From the NCBI RefSeq assembly GCF_009914755.1, contig NC_060925.1: DNA of 64,000 nt; one strand, given 5' to 3'. Shown in pieces: positions 26,955 to 45,794 of the stretch. Within the stretch, counting starts at the first letter, position 1. Every line of letters starts with the position of its first letter. This stretch comes from the human T2T-CHM13v2.0 reference genome, Homo sapiens. Under the pieces are notes generated by a model, which saw only the letters and a list, made by a program, of their open reading frames with translations, had not been told where the DNA came from and did not search any database. Made by a program: the position numbers and the translations under genes.

Positions 26955-27255
26955 AATGTCCCCACTCCCAAAGATCTCCATGTCCTAATTCCAAGATCCT
27001 GTGAACATACCTTACATGGTAATAGAGACTTTGAAGATATGATTAAATTAAGGATTTTTAGATAACGAGGAGGTTATTCTGAATTTTCCAGATAGGCCCA
27101 ATATAATCACAAGGGTCCTTATAAGAGAGAAGGCTATATGAAGACAGAAGCAGAGAGAGTTCAGAAGATACTGCACAACTAACTTTAAATAGGAAGGAAG
27201 AGAACAGGAGCAGATTCTAGAAGCTGGAAAAGGCAAGGAACAGATTCTTTCCTAG

Positions 27256-27585
<330 letters not shown>

Positions 27586-27595
27586 AACACTTTTA

Positions 27596-28016
<421 letters not shown>

Positions 28017-28039
28017 ATACAGTTGAATTCACTATATCG

Positions 28040-28992
28040 CTCTAGTCCAGACTTCTGTTCTTAGATCCAGACTCACTTATACAAATACTTTCTTGATATC
28101 TCCACCTGATTATATCAAACCATCTTATACTTAATTTGTCCAAAAACAAATTTATGATCTCCATCTGCCATCTCCCTCTCTTCCGACGTAACACGTCTGG
28201 TCCTTTTACAGTTACCCTCACTTCAGGAAATGGTGATACCACTGCATAATTCAGGGCCCTGGCCATCCTCCTGGACCCTTCCTTTGTCTTCTCCTCACCC
28301 CAATACTAAGCCCATTGTCAAGCCACGTTTATTTTATCTCTTAAGGTTCTTCCAACTCTGATTTTCTCCACCCAGTCTACCAGCACCCTACTTCATGCTG
28401 TCTTCTCTCTTAACTAGGCCTCTATCATGGTCTTCTACTTGGTCTTTTACATTTACTTTTGCCAGCTTACAATACATTATCTACCCTCTTGTCAGAGTGA
28501 TCTTTTCAAAATGCAATTCTGATCACGCCATTCTGCTTAAACCCTTGTGTGTTGTTGCCTTGCTCACAATATTAAGAGCAAAATCCTTACCATGGTCTGA
28601 AAGGTTCTGTATTCTCTATTTGTTTAAGTAATTTTCCAAATGTATCTCAAACCACAATGTCCCTTGCTCTCTGTGACCCAGCCATGGCAACTTCCTTTGA
28701 ATTCTTCATATATACCATGCTTTCTCATGCTACAATTGTCTTTGTGACAATTATTCCTTCCACCTTCATTTTTTTTCCTGTTACTCCTACCAGTCTGTAA
28801 ATCTTCTCAAGGGCAGAGCCCCTATCTGTTTTATCATTCATCTCCACTGTTTAGGATAGTGCCTGGCCTCTCTATAGGAGTATATATATGTGTGTGTATA
28901 TATATATATGTGTGTGTATATATATATATATGTGTGTGTGTGTATACATATATGTGTGTGTGTGTATATATATATATGTGTATATATATATA

Positions 28993-29035
<43 letters not shown>

Positions 29036-29060
29036 ATTTGTTTAATGAATGAATGAATGG
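28040..29060 (+). mobile_element. L2 relic with microsatellite in its 3' end
   Basis: 'cagagtgatcttttcaaaatgcaattctgatcacgcca', 'atagtgcctggc', terminal (TGAA)n. Confidence 0.7.
28880..29036. repeat. Compound (TA)n/(TG)n microsatellite
   Basis: About 155 bp of alternating purine-pyrimidine seen directly. Confidence 0.95.
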
Positions 29061-29286
29061 GTGTCCACTACTCTTCTCATCAGTGCCTAAGACAGATTTA
29101 ACTTCTATTTAGCTTTCTTATTCTTTGCAGCAGTACAAAGAGGAGAAACACAGAGTTTCTGAAGAAACTTGTGGTTTGTTTAAGTTATGCAACCAGCTCT
29201 GACTCTAAAGTCTTGATAGAGGACTTGATAGACTACTATATATTATGACAGCTTTTACTCATTTGAAACAAGTTTATTTCAGGACC

Positions 29287-29862
29287 CGTGGTAAGCAGAA
29301 TTCTATGATAACATCATGCCTATTGTCTCTCATCCTTGTATAATTTCCTCCTCTTGTGTGTGGTGAGAACCTGTGAATCAGATGAAATATCACTCTGCTG
29401 ATCGTATTACATGATACGGCAAAGGGATCTCACGGATGCAATTAAGGTCACAAATAAGTTGATCTTATCCTGGGAGAGGCTGACTTAGTCAGGTAAGCCC
29501 TTAAATGCAGTTTTCTCTGGCTGGCTTTGGAGGAAGCAAGCAAACAGCCATTCTCTGAGCTGCTTACAGAGAAGGGCGGTCTCTAGGAGCTGAGGGTGGT
29601 GCTCCCTGCCTGACAGCTGGCAAGGAAATGTGGACCTCATCGTATAATCACAGCACCCTGAACTAACTTGGAAGAGGACCTCGCAGATGGGAGCTCGGCC
29701 TCAGCTGACACCTTGATCACCGCCCTGTGAAGGCTAAGCAGAGGACCCAGTTAGGCTGTGCCCAAACTCCTCAGCCACAGAAGCTGTGAAATCGTAAATG
29801 TGTATTGCTTCAGCTGCAAAGTTTGTAGTAATTTGTTACACAGCAATAGAAAACTAAAACTG
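29287..29862 (+). mobile_element. MaLR LTR (MLT1E/F-like)
   Basis: Start 'gtggtaagcagaattct'; end 'tttgtagtaatttgttacacagcaatagaaaactaaaac'. Confidence 0.75.
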
Positions 29863-31019
29863 AGCCAATATTGTGAAACTCTGCATAGCAGCTGATTTTT
29901 TTTTTTTTTTCTGAGAACGATAAGCATGCTGAGTTAGAACTTTCCATGAGAAGACAGATTTTAATTATCTGGGTATCCAAAGCATCAAAGTACTTTTCTC
30001 ACTCTGAAAACTCAAAAATAGCTGCACAGATTTTCTTTAGAACTTTCCAAAAATAAGATTTTCTTCAGAGCCGAAATCAAGTGTGGAAAATGTTAATCTA
30101 GAAGGAAAAAGAAGCTTAAGTAGTATAAATAGCTTAAAATAGGCTACAGGGACTGACCTATGGGAGGCTCTGAGGAAAATTGCTAATTGTTTAGAATAGC
30201 AGAAATGTTCAATTACCAGTTGCATGCAAGGTATCAGTAGAGGCTGTATGCTTGTTGGTTTCCTAGTCACTCCAAGAGTAGAGACAGGGCCAAAGACTGT
30301 ACCATGATGGAGAGGTCATCCTTACTAAACGCAATTCCAAAATGTACTCACACACCCAGAAAAGATTTTATAAGGGTGCATCGTCCTTTTTTATGGCTTT
30401 AAACAGGAGTATGATTACATAAAAATAACAAGAATACACTTTTCTTTTTAAAACTCTTCAGAAAGTAAGTCAGTTAACCTTCTTGGGTCCACATTTCCTC
30501 ATCTCTGAACAGCACTCCAAGGTTCTTTTAAGCTTTATAATTCCGCTATGAGATTCTTCCATCATTTTATCTACCGGTTTTGTCAGTGTTAGATGAGGTT
30601 GACTATGAAAGGCATCCAGTACATAGTAAGCAATCAACAAATGTGAATTCTTCATAGTAAAATATTTCATCCATCTTGGCTGCTGGCACAGCTATTATAA
30701 AACCTTTCTTCATAAGACTGATTTGCCAAAGCTCTTCATCACCTTTCCAAAGCATCACTTGATTTCTCTTTAATTATGGAGAATTTAAAGGCAGAATTAA
30801 TCTTCTAGAAAGGACCAGCTATAGAAAAGCATTCTAAGAAGATTCTTAACCTTGATCCCTACTTGTACATTCCCTTAATTGTTATTTGTAAATTTCAGCA
30901 CTATATTGGGTTCCTATACCCTGCTAGTTATCTCTATCTAGATGCCACACTACTCCTCAAACTCAGCTTATCCAAATTTAAATGTTATTTTCCCTCCCCA
31001 GTCAGCCCATGTCTGCCAG

Positions 31020-31165
31020 ATTTTCCTGACTGAATTTGGGCAAGTAATTTTAGCTCACTGAGCCTCAGCTTCCTCTGCTGTAAAATTAGAATAATAATCC
31101 CTGCACTCTAACAAAGACATCACGGGCCCAATGATAATGTGCAAAGCGCATGCAAACCATTTCAC
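31020..31165 (+). mobile_element. MIR core
   Basis: 'ttgggcaagtaattttagctcactgagcctcagcttcctctgctgtaaaattagaataataat'. Confidence 0.7.
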
Positions 31166-32164
31166 ATAAAACACACTTTAGGAGGTTGTTGGTTTCTCCC
31201 AACTATTTTCTTCTACTGCATTTCACAAACCCACTTAAGTACAACCATTTGGCTTGTTTCAAAAGCACATTATAAGCAGTCTTTTCTTTTCACTTTTGCT
31301 TACTCTGATTCCTCTGAGTGGATTTGTTTCTTTCCTTTCTTCTTGTTTCAGTTGGATTTTTTCTTTTAAGATCCAGATACATTTCATCTTCCCCATAAAG
31401 TGTTCTTCTACATCCCTGATCCATGATCATAGCCCTTATATGTTGTAAGCTTTTGAATTCCTAGAGCTCTGCACTAGTCATTTGGCACTTAGCTTTGGAC
31501 AACCTGTAGCACTTATCTTTTTATGTATGTGTTGGATCCACAATGAACATATTAACTCTTTGAGAGCAGGGTCCTCTTTGCTAGCCCAGTGCCATACACA
31601 AGCTGACATTCTATAAACATTAGTTGCTTTGTTGAAACGACATCATTTCAATTACGAATTCTAATCATTCTTAGGTAAATTGGAGACTCTCAATGTCAAT
31701 ATGTTGACACTTTATAAATTTTAATTAGCATATTGGCAATTATACTCCACAGCTGTTTTCATAGGGCACTTCACAATTATTCATCAGTTTTTGTCAAGAT
31801 ATTCTCAGGAGGTGAGTGATAAAGATCATTCCCTGCCATTCTTTTGTTCTAAATTTAGAAAAGCATAGTACAGTGATTTTATGAAATATATTGAGAAGAT
31901 TCAGGATAAAAATTGACATAAAAAAGTAAAATTCTTTCTTAGCCCCCTGTGCCAGTGAAAATCCTTCTCTAGCATTTGTTCCTACAGAAAAGCAAATAAT
32001 GTCTTATTTGATTTTGTTGAACTGCTTGTAGTCCTTGAAGATTGGGTGAGTCTCTAGTCTTCTATTCAAACTGAAATGTTTTACTTTAATAACTCAAGAA
32101 AAGATAATTTTAGTGTATCTTGGCTGTCATATGTGATTTTGTTTATTGACTGTATTCTGATTAT

Positions 32165-32440
32165 GATAATGCAAACAAAACCCAAAGTAAGTAGAAGCAA
32201 TGAAATAATAAAGATTAGAAAACAATAAAATAGAAAAAAATGTTTTTAAAAAATAAAATAAATAAAACTGATAAACTTCCAGCCAAGCTGATCAGGCAAA
32301 AGAGAAAAGACAGAACTTGACAATATCAACGATGAAAGAGAAAACATCACTAGAGTTCCTAGGGACATTAAAAGGAAAATAAGGAAATATAAGGAACAGC
32401 TTTTTTTGCCAATAAATTCAATAATTTAGGTAAAATGGAA
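32165..32440 (+). mobile_element. Old L1 ORF2 fragment (host of the L1PA insertion; resumes 35919-36100)
   Basis: 'aaacccaaagtaagtagaag..aaataataaagattag', 'gccaataaattcaataatttag'; continuation ORF 35986 (MKEIELIIKNSSPRNTPGPDDFTVEFFQTF). Confidence 0.75.
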
Positions 32441-32448
32441 AGTTTTTT

Positions 32449-35918
<3,470 letters not shown>

Positions 35919-36104
35919 TAAAAGAAGCAAACTACCCAAGTCATTCAAAAACTAAAAGATAACCTGAATAGTTTTTTGTCTATATTTGAAGGAAATTGAA
36001 CTTATAATTAAAAATTCTTCCCCACGCAATACCCCAGGCCCAGATGATTTCACAGTTGAATTCTTTCAAACATTTATTGAAGAAATAATGTCAATTCTTT
36101 CTTT

Positions 36105-39100
36105 TTTGTTTGTCCAAGATGGTGGATTAGAGGCATTGCCAGCATACCTCTCCCACTTGGAAGGACAAAGTCGTGTGTAGAGATTCACACTGTGAACTTT
36201 TTTCAGGAAGTGATGCAGAAACTGAACAGGGTAACCAAAGGAATCTGTAGACCCTTTGAAGAAAGCAACAGGCTGCAGCCTACACAGTGAGTCAGGTAAA
36301 GGGCTATGAGTCCCTAGGGTGAGAGGAGAGACTGCCCCTGGGACACACAGCCCCTCCAGGGACCCTGGAAGTCTAGGTCCCAGGGGAAGGCCTTAACCCT
36401 ACCCAGTACAGGAACCAACCTGGGGAGGCACATGGAATATAAAAGTAGGAGCAGCACAGGAAGACCCTTGCATGCACTCCCAGTTTCCAGTGCAGACGGA
36501 GGGAAAGCATTTTTCACTGTTCCTCACAGAGGACCCTGCAGAGCACAGCCAAATAGTTCAGGCAGGGGTCTCAGGTTGAAAGAAGCCCCCAACTGGGTTT
36601 CACGATATAATCTTGGGTAAGGATGAACTCCCTTAGCCAGGGCTGGGGCAGGGGAGTGAAAATTGTGCTCCAGCTGCTAGTGCAGGAACCACAAGTGCAG
36701 AAGCTGGGTGCCCAGCTTCGCAGTGGATAGGGAGGGGCATGGACTGAAAGCCACAGTTGCCATCTCCAGAGGGAAAGCATATGGTTTGGAGCAGTTGTGA
36801 GTTCTGAATGCAGGCCACCTGGAACTGAGCCCACCGCTGCCAGTGGAACACTGCACGAGTGGTTATGCCTCGCCAAGTGTGTGGGATCTGTGTGGGGCTT
36901 ACCATCACCTGCTACTCCCCTCTCCCTGTGCTAACTCTTCTGTGCAGCAGAGGCAGCAATACTACCCTCTGGAATATCAACCCAGTGGCCTGAGAACTGC
37001 TCCTGTCTTCTGATACCCACAAGGGCTGCTGCTTACCCTGCATGAGACTCACAGTACAAACCTACCTGACTCAGCCCCCACCTGGCTTTGCCCCACAACC
37101 TGCCCTGGTAACTTAATACAAAAGATAGAATCTTTTGGGAGCTATATGGCTTCTTTCATTGCCTGAGAAACCAGAGTATCCTCCACTTCCCAGGCAAAAT
37201 AAGGCAAGCAAAAATCCCACTGCTACCACTGCAGCTGATGCTCTTTTGCAAGCACCACCTCCTAGCTGGAGACCAACCAATGCAGTCCATTACAGCATCT
37301 CCTGAGAGAATAACACTGCACCCAGGAAGGAGAAAACAGCTGCATGATCTGAGCTATCACCACTGCCTGCACCACTCTGGCTAACCAGGAGGTCCTGAGT
37401 CTGTCTATATGACTACTTCATTACTACTTTAACTGGCATTCGAGAAAGCCAATACACTAAGGCTAACAATAACCAAGGAATCTCACAGAGTATACATCAT
37501 TCCCCTGCCACTCCCATTAGAGCTGGTGCTGCTACCCACTGCTGGGAGACTTGAGGTCATATCACTTGATCCCTTGCAGACATTTTCCAGCTCCTGCCTG
37601 GAGTGTGGCAACCTTACTGGGTGGCTAGACCCAGAGGAGCAACAACACTCACAATAGTCTGTCTCCCAGGTACTCCCACTCTTAGGGGAAGAGGGAGTGT
37701 ACCACAGCAAGGGAATACCCTGTGAGACAAAGTAATCTGTATGGCAGGCCTTGAGCAGCAGATCTTTCCACTGGTGGGAAGTTTCTTTCAGCAGAGGCAG
37801 AGTTGCAGTGCTGGGCTCAGCAGGGAGCATCTTCAGTTCTAACCCAACAGTCAGACAGCCCTGGTGTGTGTAAAGGGTATTGGAGAAGGGGACATCTTTC
37901 CCCCCTTGTTCACTATTGCAGGCACAGTTGGGGCTTCTTCTATGGGAACTTGGCATGGGTGCAACTATAGACAGCCTTTCTCAAACACGTTGAAGTGACT
38001 GTATTTCTGCAGAAGGAACACCCTCCAGGTTCAGGCTTACAAGAGAGACAGAGTCACATTTCCTCTTTACTTGGAATATCAACACTCCTACAGATGAAAA
38101 GAGGCACCTGTGTGATCTGAATAGCTACAGCACTGAGACAGGGGTGTGTCTAAGAGTTAGATAACTCTCTTGCTAACCTGTCAGGGGACCTGAGGTGGCT
38201 CCAACCCTTCCCCCTGTTAAGACCTCAGTGTGACTCACTGAGAGCTCCTCCAGCCCCCTCTGTCAAGGCTTGGACATCTGTCTACCATTGGGTATTGCAT
38301 TTGCCCACCTGCTTTAGCCACAACTGGTTGCTAACCAGAGACATCTCCCCTACTGGCCTGAAGCCTAAACCATCAAACCAGTAAATAAAATACTGGGGAA
38401 AAATAAATAAATAAATAAAAAGGTGCACACCACATGGTTATATGATAAGCTTCGAGAGACCTCTACCATTCCAACCCCAAAGGAGACAGTGAACTTGCTC
38501 ACATACTGAGCACATTGCTACTACAACCAGCATATGAGAAAGCCACTATACAAAGACTCTGTATTATCAAGGAACTCTTACAGAGTCTTCACCCCTGAAA
38601 GCATCAAGAACCAAATATAATTAACTATAAGCATTAAAGTCACATCCTTAAGGGGAAAAAAGAAATTAACAAACAAATGAAGAAACACAGTTACATAAAA
38701 CATAAATTCAAGAATAATGAGAAGAAATAGGCTACCCAAATAAGAAGAAACTCTGGTAATATGACAAAACAGGATTCTATAACACCTCTAAAGATAACAC
38801 TAGCTCTTCAGCAATAGATCCAAACCAAGATGAAATCTTTGAAATACCAGATAAGGAATTCAGACAGTCAATTATTAAGCTACTCAAGGGGATTTCAGGG
38901 AAAGGTGAAAACCATCATAAAGAAATTTAGAAAGCATTTCAGGATATGAATGAAAAATTTTCTAGAAAGACAGATATTTTAAAGAAAAACCAATCAGAAC
39001 TTCTGGAAATGAAAGACATACTTAGGGAATTACACAATGCTGTGGAAAGTTTTAACAATAGACTACAACAAGTAGAAGAAAGAATTTCAGAGCTCAAAGA

Positions 39101-40530
39101 CAAGGCTTTTGAATTAACCTAATCAGACAAAAATAAAGAAAAGATAATCAAAAGAAATGAACGAAGTCTTCAAGAAATATGGGATTATGTAGAATGGTCA
39201 AACCTAAGAATAATTGTTGTTCCTAAGGAAGAGGAGAACACAGTAAGTCTGGGAAACGTATTTCAGGGAATAATTGAAGAAAAATTCCCTGGTCTGGCTA
39301 GAGATCTAAATATCCAAATCCAAGAGGATCAAAGAACTCCTGGGAAATTCATTGCAAAAAGATCTTCACCAAGGCCTGTAGTCATCAGGCTATCTAAAGT
39401 CAACATGATAAAAAGAATTCTAAGTGCACTAAAACAAAAGTATCAGGTAACCCACAAAGGAAAACCTTTCAGACTAATAGCGGACTTCTCGGCAGAAACC
39501 TTATAGGCCAGAGAAGATTGGGGTTCTAACTTCAACCCCTTTAAACAGAACAACTGTTAGCCAAGAACTTTGTATCCAGCAAATCTGTTTCATAAATGAA
39601 GGTGAAATAAATCATTTTCAGACAAACAAATGCTGAGGGAATTTGCCACCACCAGACCAGCCCTACAATAAATGCTAGAAGGAGTTCTAAACCTTGAAAT
39701 AAAAGCCAAATATGCACCAAAATAGAACCTCTTGAAAGCTTAAAACTCACAAGGGCTATAAACAATAACACAATGAAAAAAATCAAACTTAGGTAACAAC
39801 ATGATAAAGAGAACAGTAACTCACATCTCAATATTTCCATTGAATGTAAATGGCCTAAATGCTACACTTAAAAGATACAGAATGGCAGAAAGGATTTTTA
39901 AAAATCACAAACCAAATATTTGCTGTCTTCAACAGGCTCACCTAACATGTAAGAATTCATATAAACTCAAGGTAAAAGGGTGTAAAAAGATATTCCATGC
40001 AAATGGAAAGCAAAAGTGAGCAGGAATAGCTATTCTTATATTAGGAAAACAAAAAACAGACTTCAAAGGGTTAATGGTAAACTATATAATGATAAAAGGA
40101 TCAATCCAACAGAAGATATTACATTCCTAAATTTATATATTCCTAACACTGTAGATCCCAGATTCATAAAACAATTACGACTAGACCTCAGAAATGAGAT
40201 AGACAGCAACACAATAGTAGTGGGAGACTTCAATACACCACTGACAGTACTAGACAGATCTTTGAAAAAGAAAGTCAAGAAAGAAACTATGGACTTAAAA
40301 GGCATGCTAGAACAAATGGACTTAACAGATATTTACAGAACATTCTACCCAAGAACTGCAGAATATACATTCTACTGATAAGCACATGGAACATTCTCCA
40401 AGATAAACCATATGACAGGCCACAAAACACGTCTCAATAAATTTTTAAAAATTGAAATCATATCAAGTATCTTCTCAGACCACAGCAGAATAAAACTAGA
40501 AATCAAATCTAAAAGGAATCCTCAAAATTA
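36105..40530 (+). mobile_element. L1PB (L1PBa-like) 5'UTR, ORF1 and ORF2 endonuclease domain; 3' part missing
   Basis: 5' start 'ccaagatggtggattagaggc..ctcccacttggaaggaca'; GC-richer UTR to ~38400; decayed ORF1; ORF2 EN motifs NVNGLN (39801..) and GDFNTPL (40016..). Confidence 0.85.
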
Positions 40531-41175
40531 TAATGTGGAATAACTGGAACTGTCTCATACATTACAACAGGTACATCTATTATACATCTATTATACTTTG
40601 AAAATAATTTTGGCAGTTTCTTATAAAGTTAACCCTTACCAAATAATCTAATAATTCCATTCCTACATATTTACCCAAGAGAAATGAAAATGAGCACACA
40701 AAGACTTGTACACTAATGGTCATAGAAGCTTTATTTATCATAGTAAGCAAATTGAAACAACCCAAATGCCCAACAACTAGTGAATGGAAAACCAAATTGT
40801 AGTATATCTATACAATGGAATACTATTCAGCAACACAAAGGAACAAACTATTGATACATCCAACAACATGGACGAATCTCAAAACCATTATGCTAGACAC
40901 TAGCATAGAAACCTACACACTATAAGAATCTGTTTACATGAAATGTTAGAAAAAGCAAAACTATAGCACCAGAAAGCAGATAGTGGTTATTAGGGGTCAG
41001 GGAGTCAGAGGAAGGGAATACAAAAAAGCATAGAAATTTTGGGGGTGATCAAAATATTCTTTATTTTAATTGTGGTGGTGGTTACACAGGTATAAACAGT
41101 TGTCAAAAGTCATCAAATTAGACATTTAATTTAGTGAATTTTGTTGTATGTAAATTATCTCCCGATAAAGCTTCT
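40531..41175 (+). mobile_element. L1ME/L1MB-type 3' end
   Basis: 'caatggaatactattcagcaa', 'aacatggacgaatctcaaaaccattatgc', end 'gtatgtaaattatctcccgataaag'. Confidence 0.75.
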
Positions 41176-41289
41176 AAAAATAACATAATTTGATTACAGA
41201 TAATTTTGCTGTATTTCTACTTTATAGTTTTTCTATGGTTTTAAAAACTAAAAAATTTTTACAATTTATTTTCTACTTTCTAACTTAAT

Positions 41290-42020
<731 letters not shown>

Positions 42021-43179
42021 GTTTAAACTCTCTTCTGAAACTTTACACTTCAGCTCAGCATTGGCTTGTAACTCTTCTCTGTATTTCTGTGCATAGGTAG
42101 TCCATATTATTCACCCTCCTTTGTGCAGGGTCCATTTCATCCATCCAAATATCCCAAGGATCTGGGATATTTGCAGATTCCCTGGGTCATGTAAGGGTCT
42201 ACTCTGACATCATCTCATGTTATTCTACAGCTTGAGTCTGTCTCCATGTGTTACTTCTGTCTGGCCAGTGATCTCTCAGTGTGTTTTTGATTCCTCAGTG
42301 TTTATATCATCTCTAGTGATTAAAATTTTAACATAGCACAACACAGCATAGACACGGCACCTCTTTTCCTATGATGCAGCTCAGCAACATAGCATGATTC
42401 ATCTTCCATGTAGAACAGCTGTGATTTGTGCTTCGTTGATGTCTGCCTCCCTACTTTTCCTCATAGCTCTCCTCTCATCTCCCCCATTTAGCATCTTTCA
42501 CCGTTACAAGCAATGATCAGATAAACAGAGAGATGAAGGTAGTACAAAAGAAATCTCAGCCCTATCCTCTCTGTGGCTATGTTGGATCAATTTTCAGCCC
42601 ATCTTCCCTAGTCCCTTCTCTGCTGGACTTAATGTTCCCTTCCTCCTGCCAGCTTAATCCTATCCAGGTCCTGAGTCAGTACTGACTACAGCTGCCTTAG
42701 TTCCAGCAGGCTCCAACTGGTTCTGGAGTTGGTCTGGGATATGATCATCTTTTATTTCTGACTCAATGTAAGACTCGGCTTGGGTATGTACTCCTCTGTA
42801 TTAGAGCTCCCAGGATGGCTTGATGCCATTCTCGTGTGCTGCAGTGGCACCGTCTGCTTGCCTCTGTTATTATATACTTCCCGCTTGATTCCAACTGCCT
42901 GGTGACAAGGCAGCCTTCCCCACTGGAGATGAGAGCTCCAGGAGGTCAGGGGCTAGCTCATCATCCATGTATCCCTGGCAATTTACACAGTCCCTGGAGC
43001 CTGGCCCAAGCCTCCCTGTTTCTACTCTTGTTTTCCTACAACATACTCCTCACACAGCAGCCATGATGATCATTTAGAAACATAAATCATCCTTTCCCTG
43101 TAATTTACCAGTTTTCAGAGCAAGGGGTTGGTGCCCTACTTTTCTGAAATGGTATTTGTTGTGTTTTTGTTTTGGCTGG

Positions 43180-44210
43180 TGGTTTTGTGGTTCTCTAGCA
43201 GTTTTTATTTTTTGTCTGTGTTATTATGAACTAATAGGCTTAAAATATATTCAATATGAGATAGTCAATTTCAGTCACTATTGTTTTTGATGTAAAGATT
43301 GTCCCATCTTGCACCGGCAGAAGTTCTTTCAAACTAGTTCCTGGGAGATCTTTTTGACACAGCCCTGTTATCTTTGAGAGATTCTTTATTGCCACCGCAA
43401 GGTTTATCATCAGGTTCATCTTACTTATTTCACCCTGGACTTGGACTCAGCCCTTCTCCATGAATCTCTGGTCCCTTTTAGTGTTAATGTTACTTAGAAA
43501 CCATAATCTGAACACGTATGGATATTTCTTGCCACTGGTTTGTCATTATTTCTAAGAATTTGAGTGGACAAAATTAGGGAATACTCATTTTGGTTGTCCT
43601 GTTTTACTACATTTCAAAATAAAAAAAATCCCTAGTTGATGAGGAACATCTTTTTCCTTAGAGAAGAATTATAGTTATTAAATGTAGAAGAATTAGTGAA
43701 ATTAGAAAATCCCCATTTAACAACACTAATGAAATAATTGATTCAGGCAATAAACATTAACAGATGCTAAAACCATTAAGAGAAGAGATGATAGGGACCT
43801 TTACAACGGAAGAATCAGGCTGTCTCATCTGAAGCCATTGATCAATGTAAGCGGTTTCAAAATGAGACAACCAGACATTATGTGCTACATGATGTAATGC
43901 AATAAAAAATACACAACATCACTTACAAACTTTTCTTGCCAAAAAATGTTAAACTTGAGTTGAATCCAGACTTACGTCTAACTTTTAGTTTGCAGACCAG
44001 TTGGAGAGCAAATAGACAAATCCAGAATTTGAACCAATTTGTAGGACAGCTAACTCAGTTTCTTCCAGAAGTCAAGGACCAGAAAAAAAAGGAGTGTGTG
44101 GGGAGGGGGGGCGGAATCTGTTCTAAATTAAAAGAGACTTAAAAGACATCCCAAATGCCATGATTAGATCTCAACTGGATCCTGATTCAAATAAATCAAT
44201 TGTAAATGGC
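43180..44210. mobile_element. Ancient L1MC4/5- or L1ME-type 3'UTR fragments
   Basis: 'gattgtcccatcttg..ctttcaaactagttcctg', 'gaaattagaaaatccccattt..aaataattgattcaggcaa', 'actggatcctgattcaaa'. Confidence 0.5.
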
Positions 44211-44278
44211 AATGGAGGTTTTCACTGAGCAAGGTGACCATGGATGATTTCTTTCTTCTTTATATTTCCCTGGACAAC

Positions 44279-44283
<5 letters not shown>

Positions 44284-44309
<26 letters not shown>

Positions 44310-44592
44310 CTGAGACAGAGTCTTGCTCTGTCACCCAGGGTGGAGTGCAGTGGCGCGATCTCGGCTCATTGCAAGCTCTGCCTCTCAGGTTCACGCCATT
44401 CTCCTGCCTCAGCCTCCTGAGTAGCTGGGACTACAGGTACCCACCACCACGTCCGGCTAATTTTTTGCATTTTTATTAGAGATGGGGTTTCACCGTGTTA
44501 GCCAGGATGGTCTCGATCTCCTGACCTCGTGATCCACCCGCCTCAGCCTCCCAAAGTGCTGGGATTACAGGTGTGAGCCACCGTGCCTGGCC
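44284..44592 (-). mobile_element. AluY-like
   Basis: Reverse dimer; TSD ctggacaactttct on both sides. Confidence 0.95.
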
Positions 44593-45794
44593 ACTTCTCT
44601 GGACAACTTTCTATTAGCCCCTTGCTGCAATAGACATAGCTCACATCATAATCATATATTAAATTTGGAAAATAAAAATAGGAATAATCTCTTCCAGGCT
44701 TCTCTCACATTCACACCAACAATGGTTATTATTTTATGCTATCAATGTCAAATCACTCTAAATGGCTTATCCCTGCTGTTTTAAGTGGCATTGCTCTCAC
44801 TGCTAGAGAGGCAGAGCATCCTCTCATATGCTCATTGGCCATTTATACTTCTCCTTTTGTAAATTACTTTTTTTGATGGTCTTGTCTATATTACAAACTT
44901 ATCTTTCTATCATTGCTGTATAGTTTCATAGAAACTTGGGTAGTGTGGTGTGATCATTAACAGGAAAAGGTGAAGAAACTACTGAGGCTTGGCAGTTCCA
45001 GGGATTTCAGTGTCCTGGGTCCCTGAAAACCCAGCCTCTGTAATTCTCAGGGCAAGCATGCTTGCACAACCCCAGGGAGTGTCATTCACCAAAATACAGT
45101 GTGCTACTCTGTTCTGAAAGTCTACATGGAGAACCGGTGGGAGAATCTCAGTTTTCCTTGGGTGCGGACCTCTATATGAGATAAAATGTAAAATAAGTCT
45201 GGCAAGTGGGAAAACTTTAAAATACGGATTACATTTTAACACAGAAAAAAATAAAGAACATGTAACAAACCATCAGAGAGATTTATTTATGAAAAATTTA
45301 GCTCCTCCTATTCAAACAACATTTAGTTTCAGAAAGGTAGTAAGAGCCCAAGGAAACTTTAACCAGATATCACTCAGCTTCAGCAAAGCATGGGAGGACA
45401 CTTTCCTGCTCGTAGTCTTATTGTTAGGGTGTCTCCTCTATGTTCTTGCATTTTTTCTCTTTATTTTCTGTTCCCATGATCACTTTCTGACTTTGTCTCC
45501 AGGATTCTGTTATTAAAACTATCCAGTATAAAAGAGATTCCCTTTTCCTCATCTTTTTCTCTTGAATGTTTCTGAGTTAGTCTGCCAGAAGTCAAGTTCT
45601 AAGAAAGCAGGACAATTTCAGGGAATTATCATATATTTATGTGATGCTGTGGCAGGGGGCAGATACACAATATAGAGGGGTCAATGGATTAAGAAAAATA
45701 AAAGGTCAGCAGCCATATGCTTGAAAGAAATTAGCTCAGGAAAACTAATTTGCTTGAGTTGGGAGAAGCAAGGGAGATTCAGAGAGAACCACAA

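Noticed and set aside
28834-29056. Tyr/Ile/His/Thr-rich ORFs
   Set aside because: Translation of a dinucleotide microsatellite
36314-37956. GC-richer block with several ORFs, resembling a promoter or exon
   Set aside because: Lies within the L1PB 5'UTR; CpG-depleted; no recognisable protein
42570-42750. Possible ERVL LTR16-like fragment (and LTR33-like at ~19590-19800)
   Set aside because: Resemblance too weak to call without alignment
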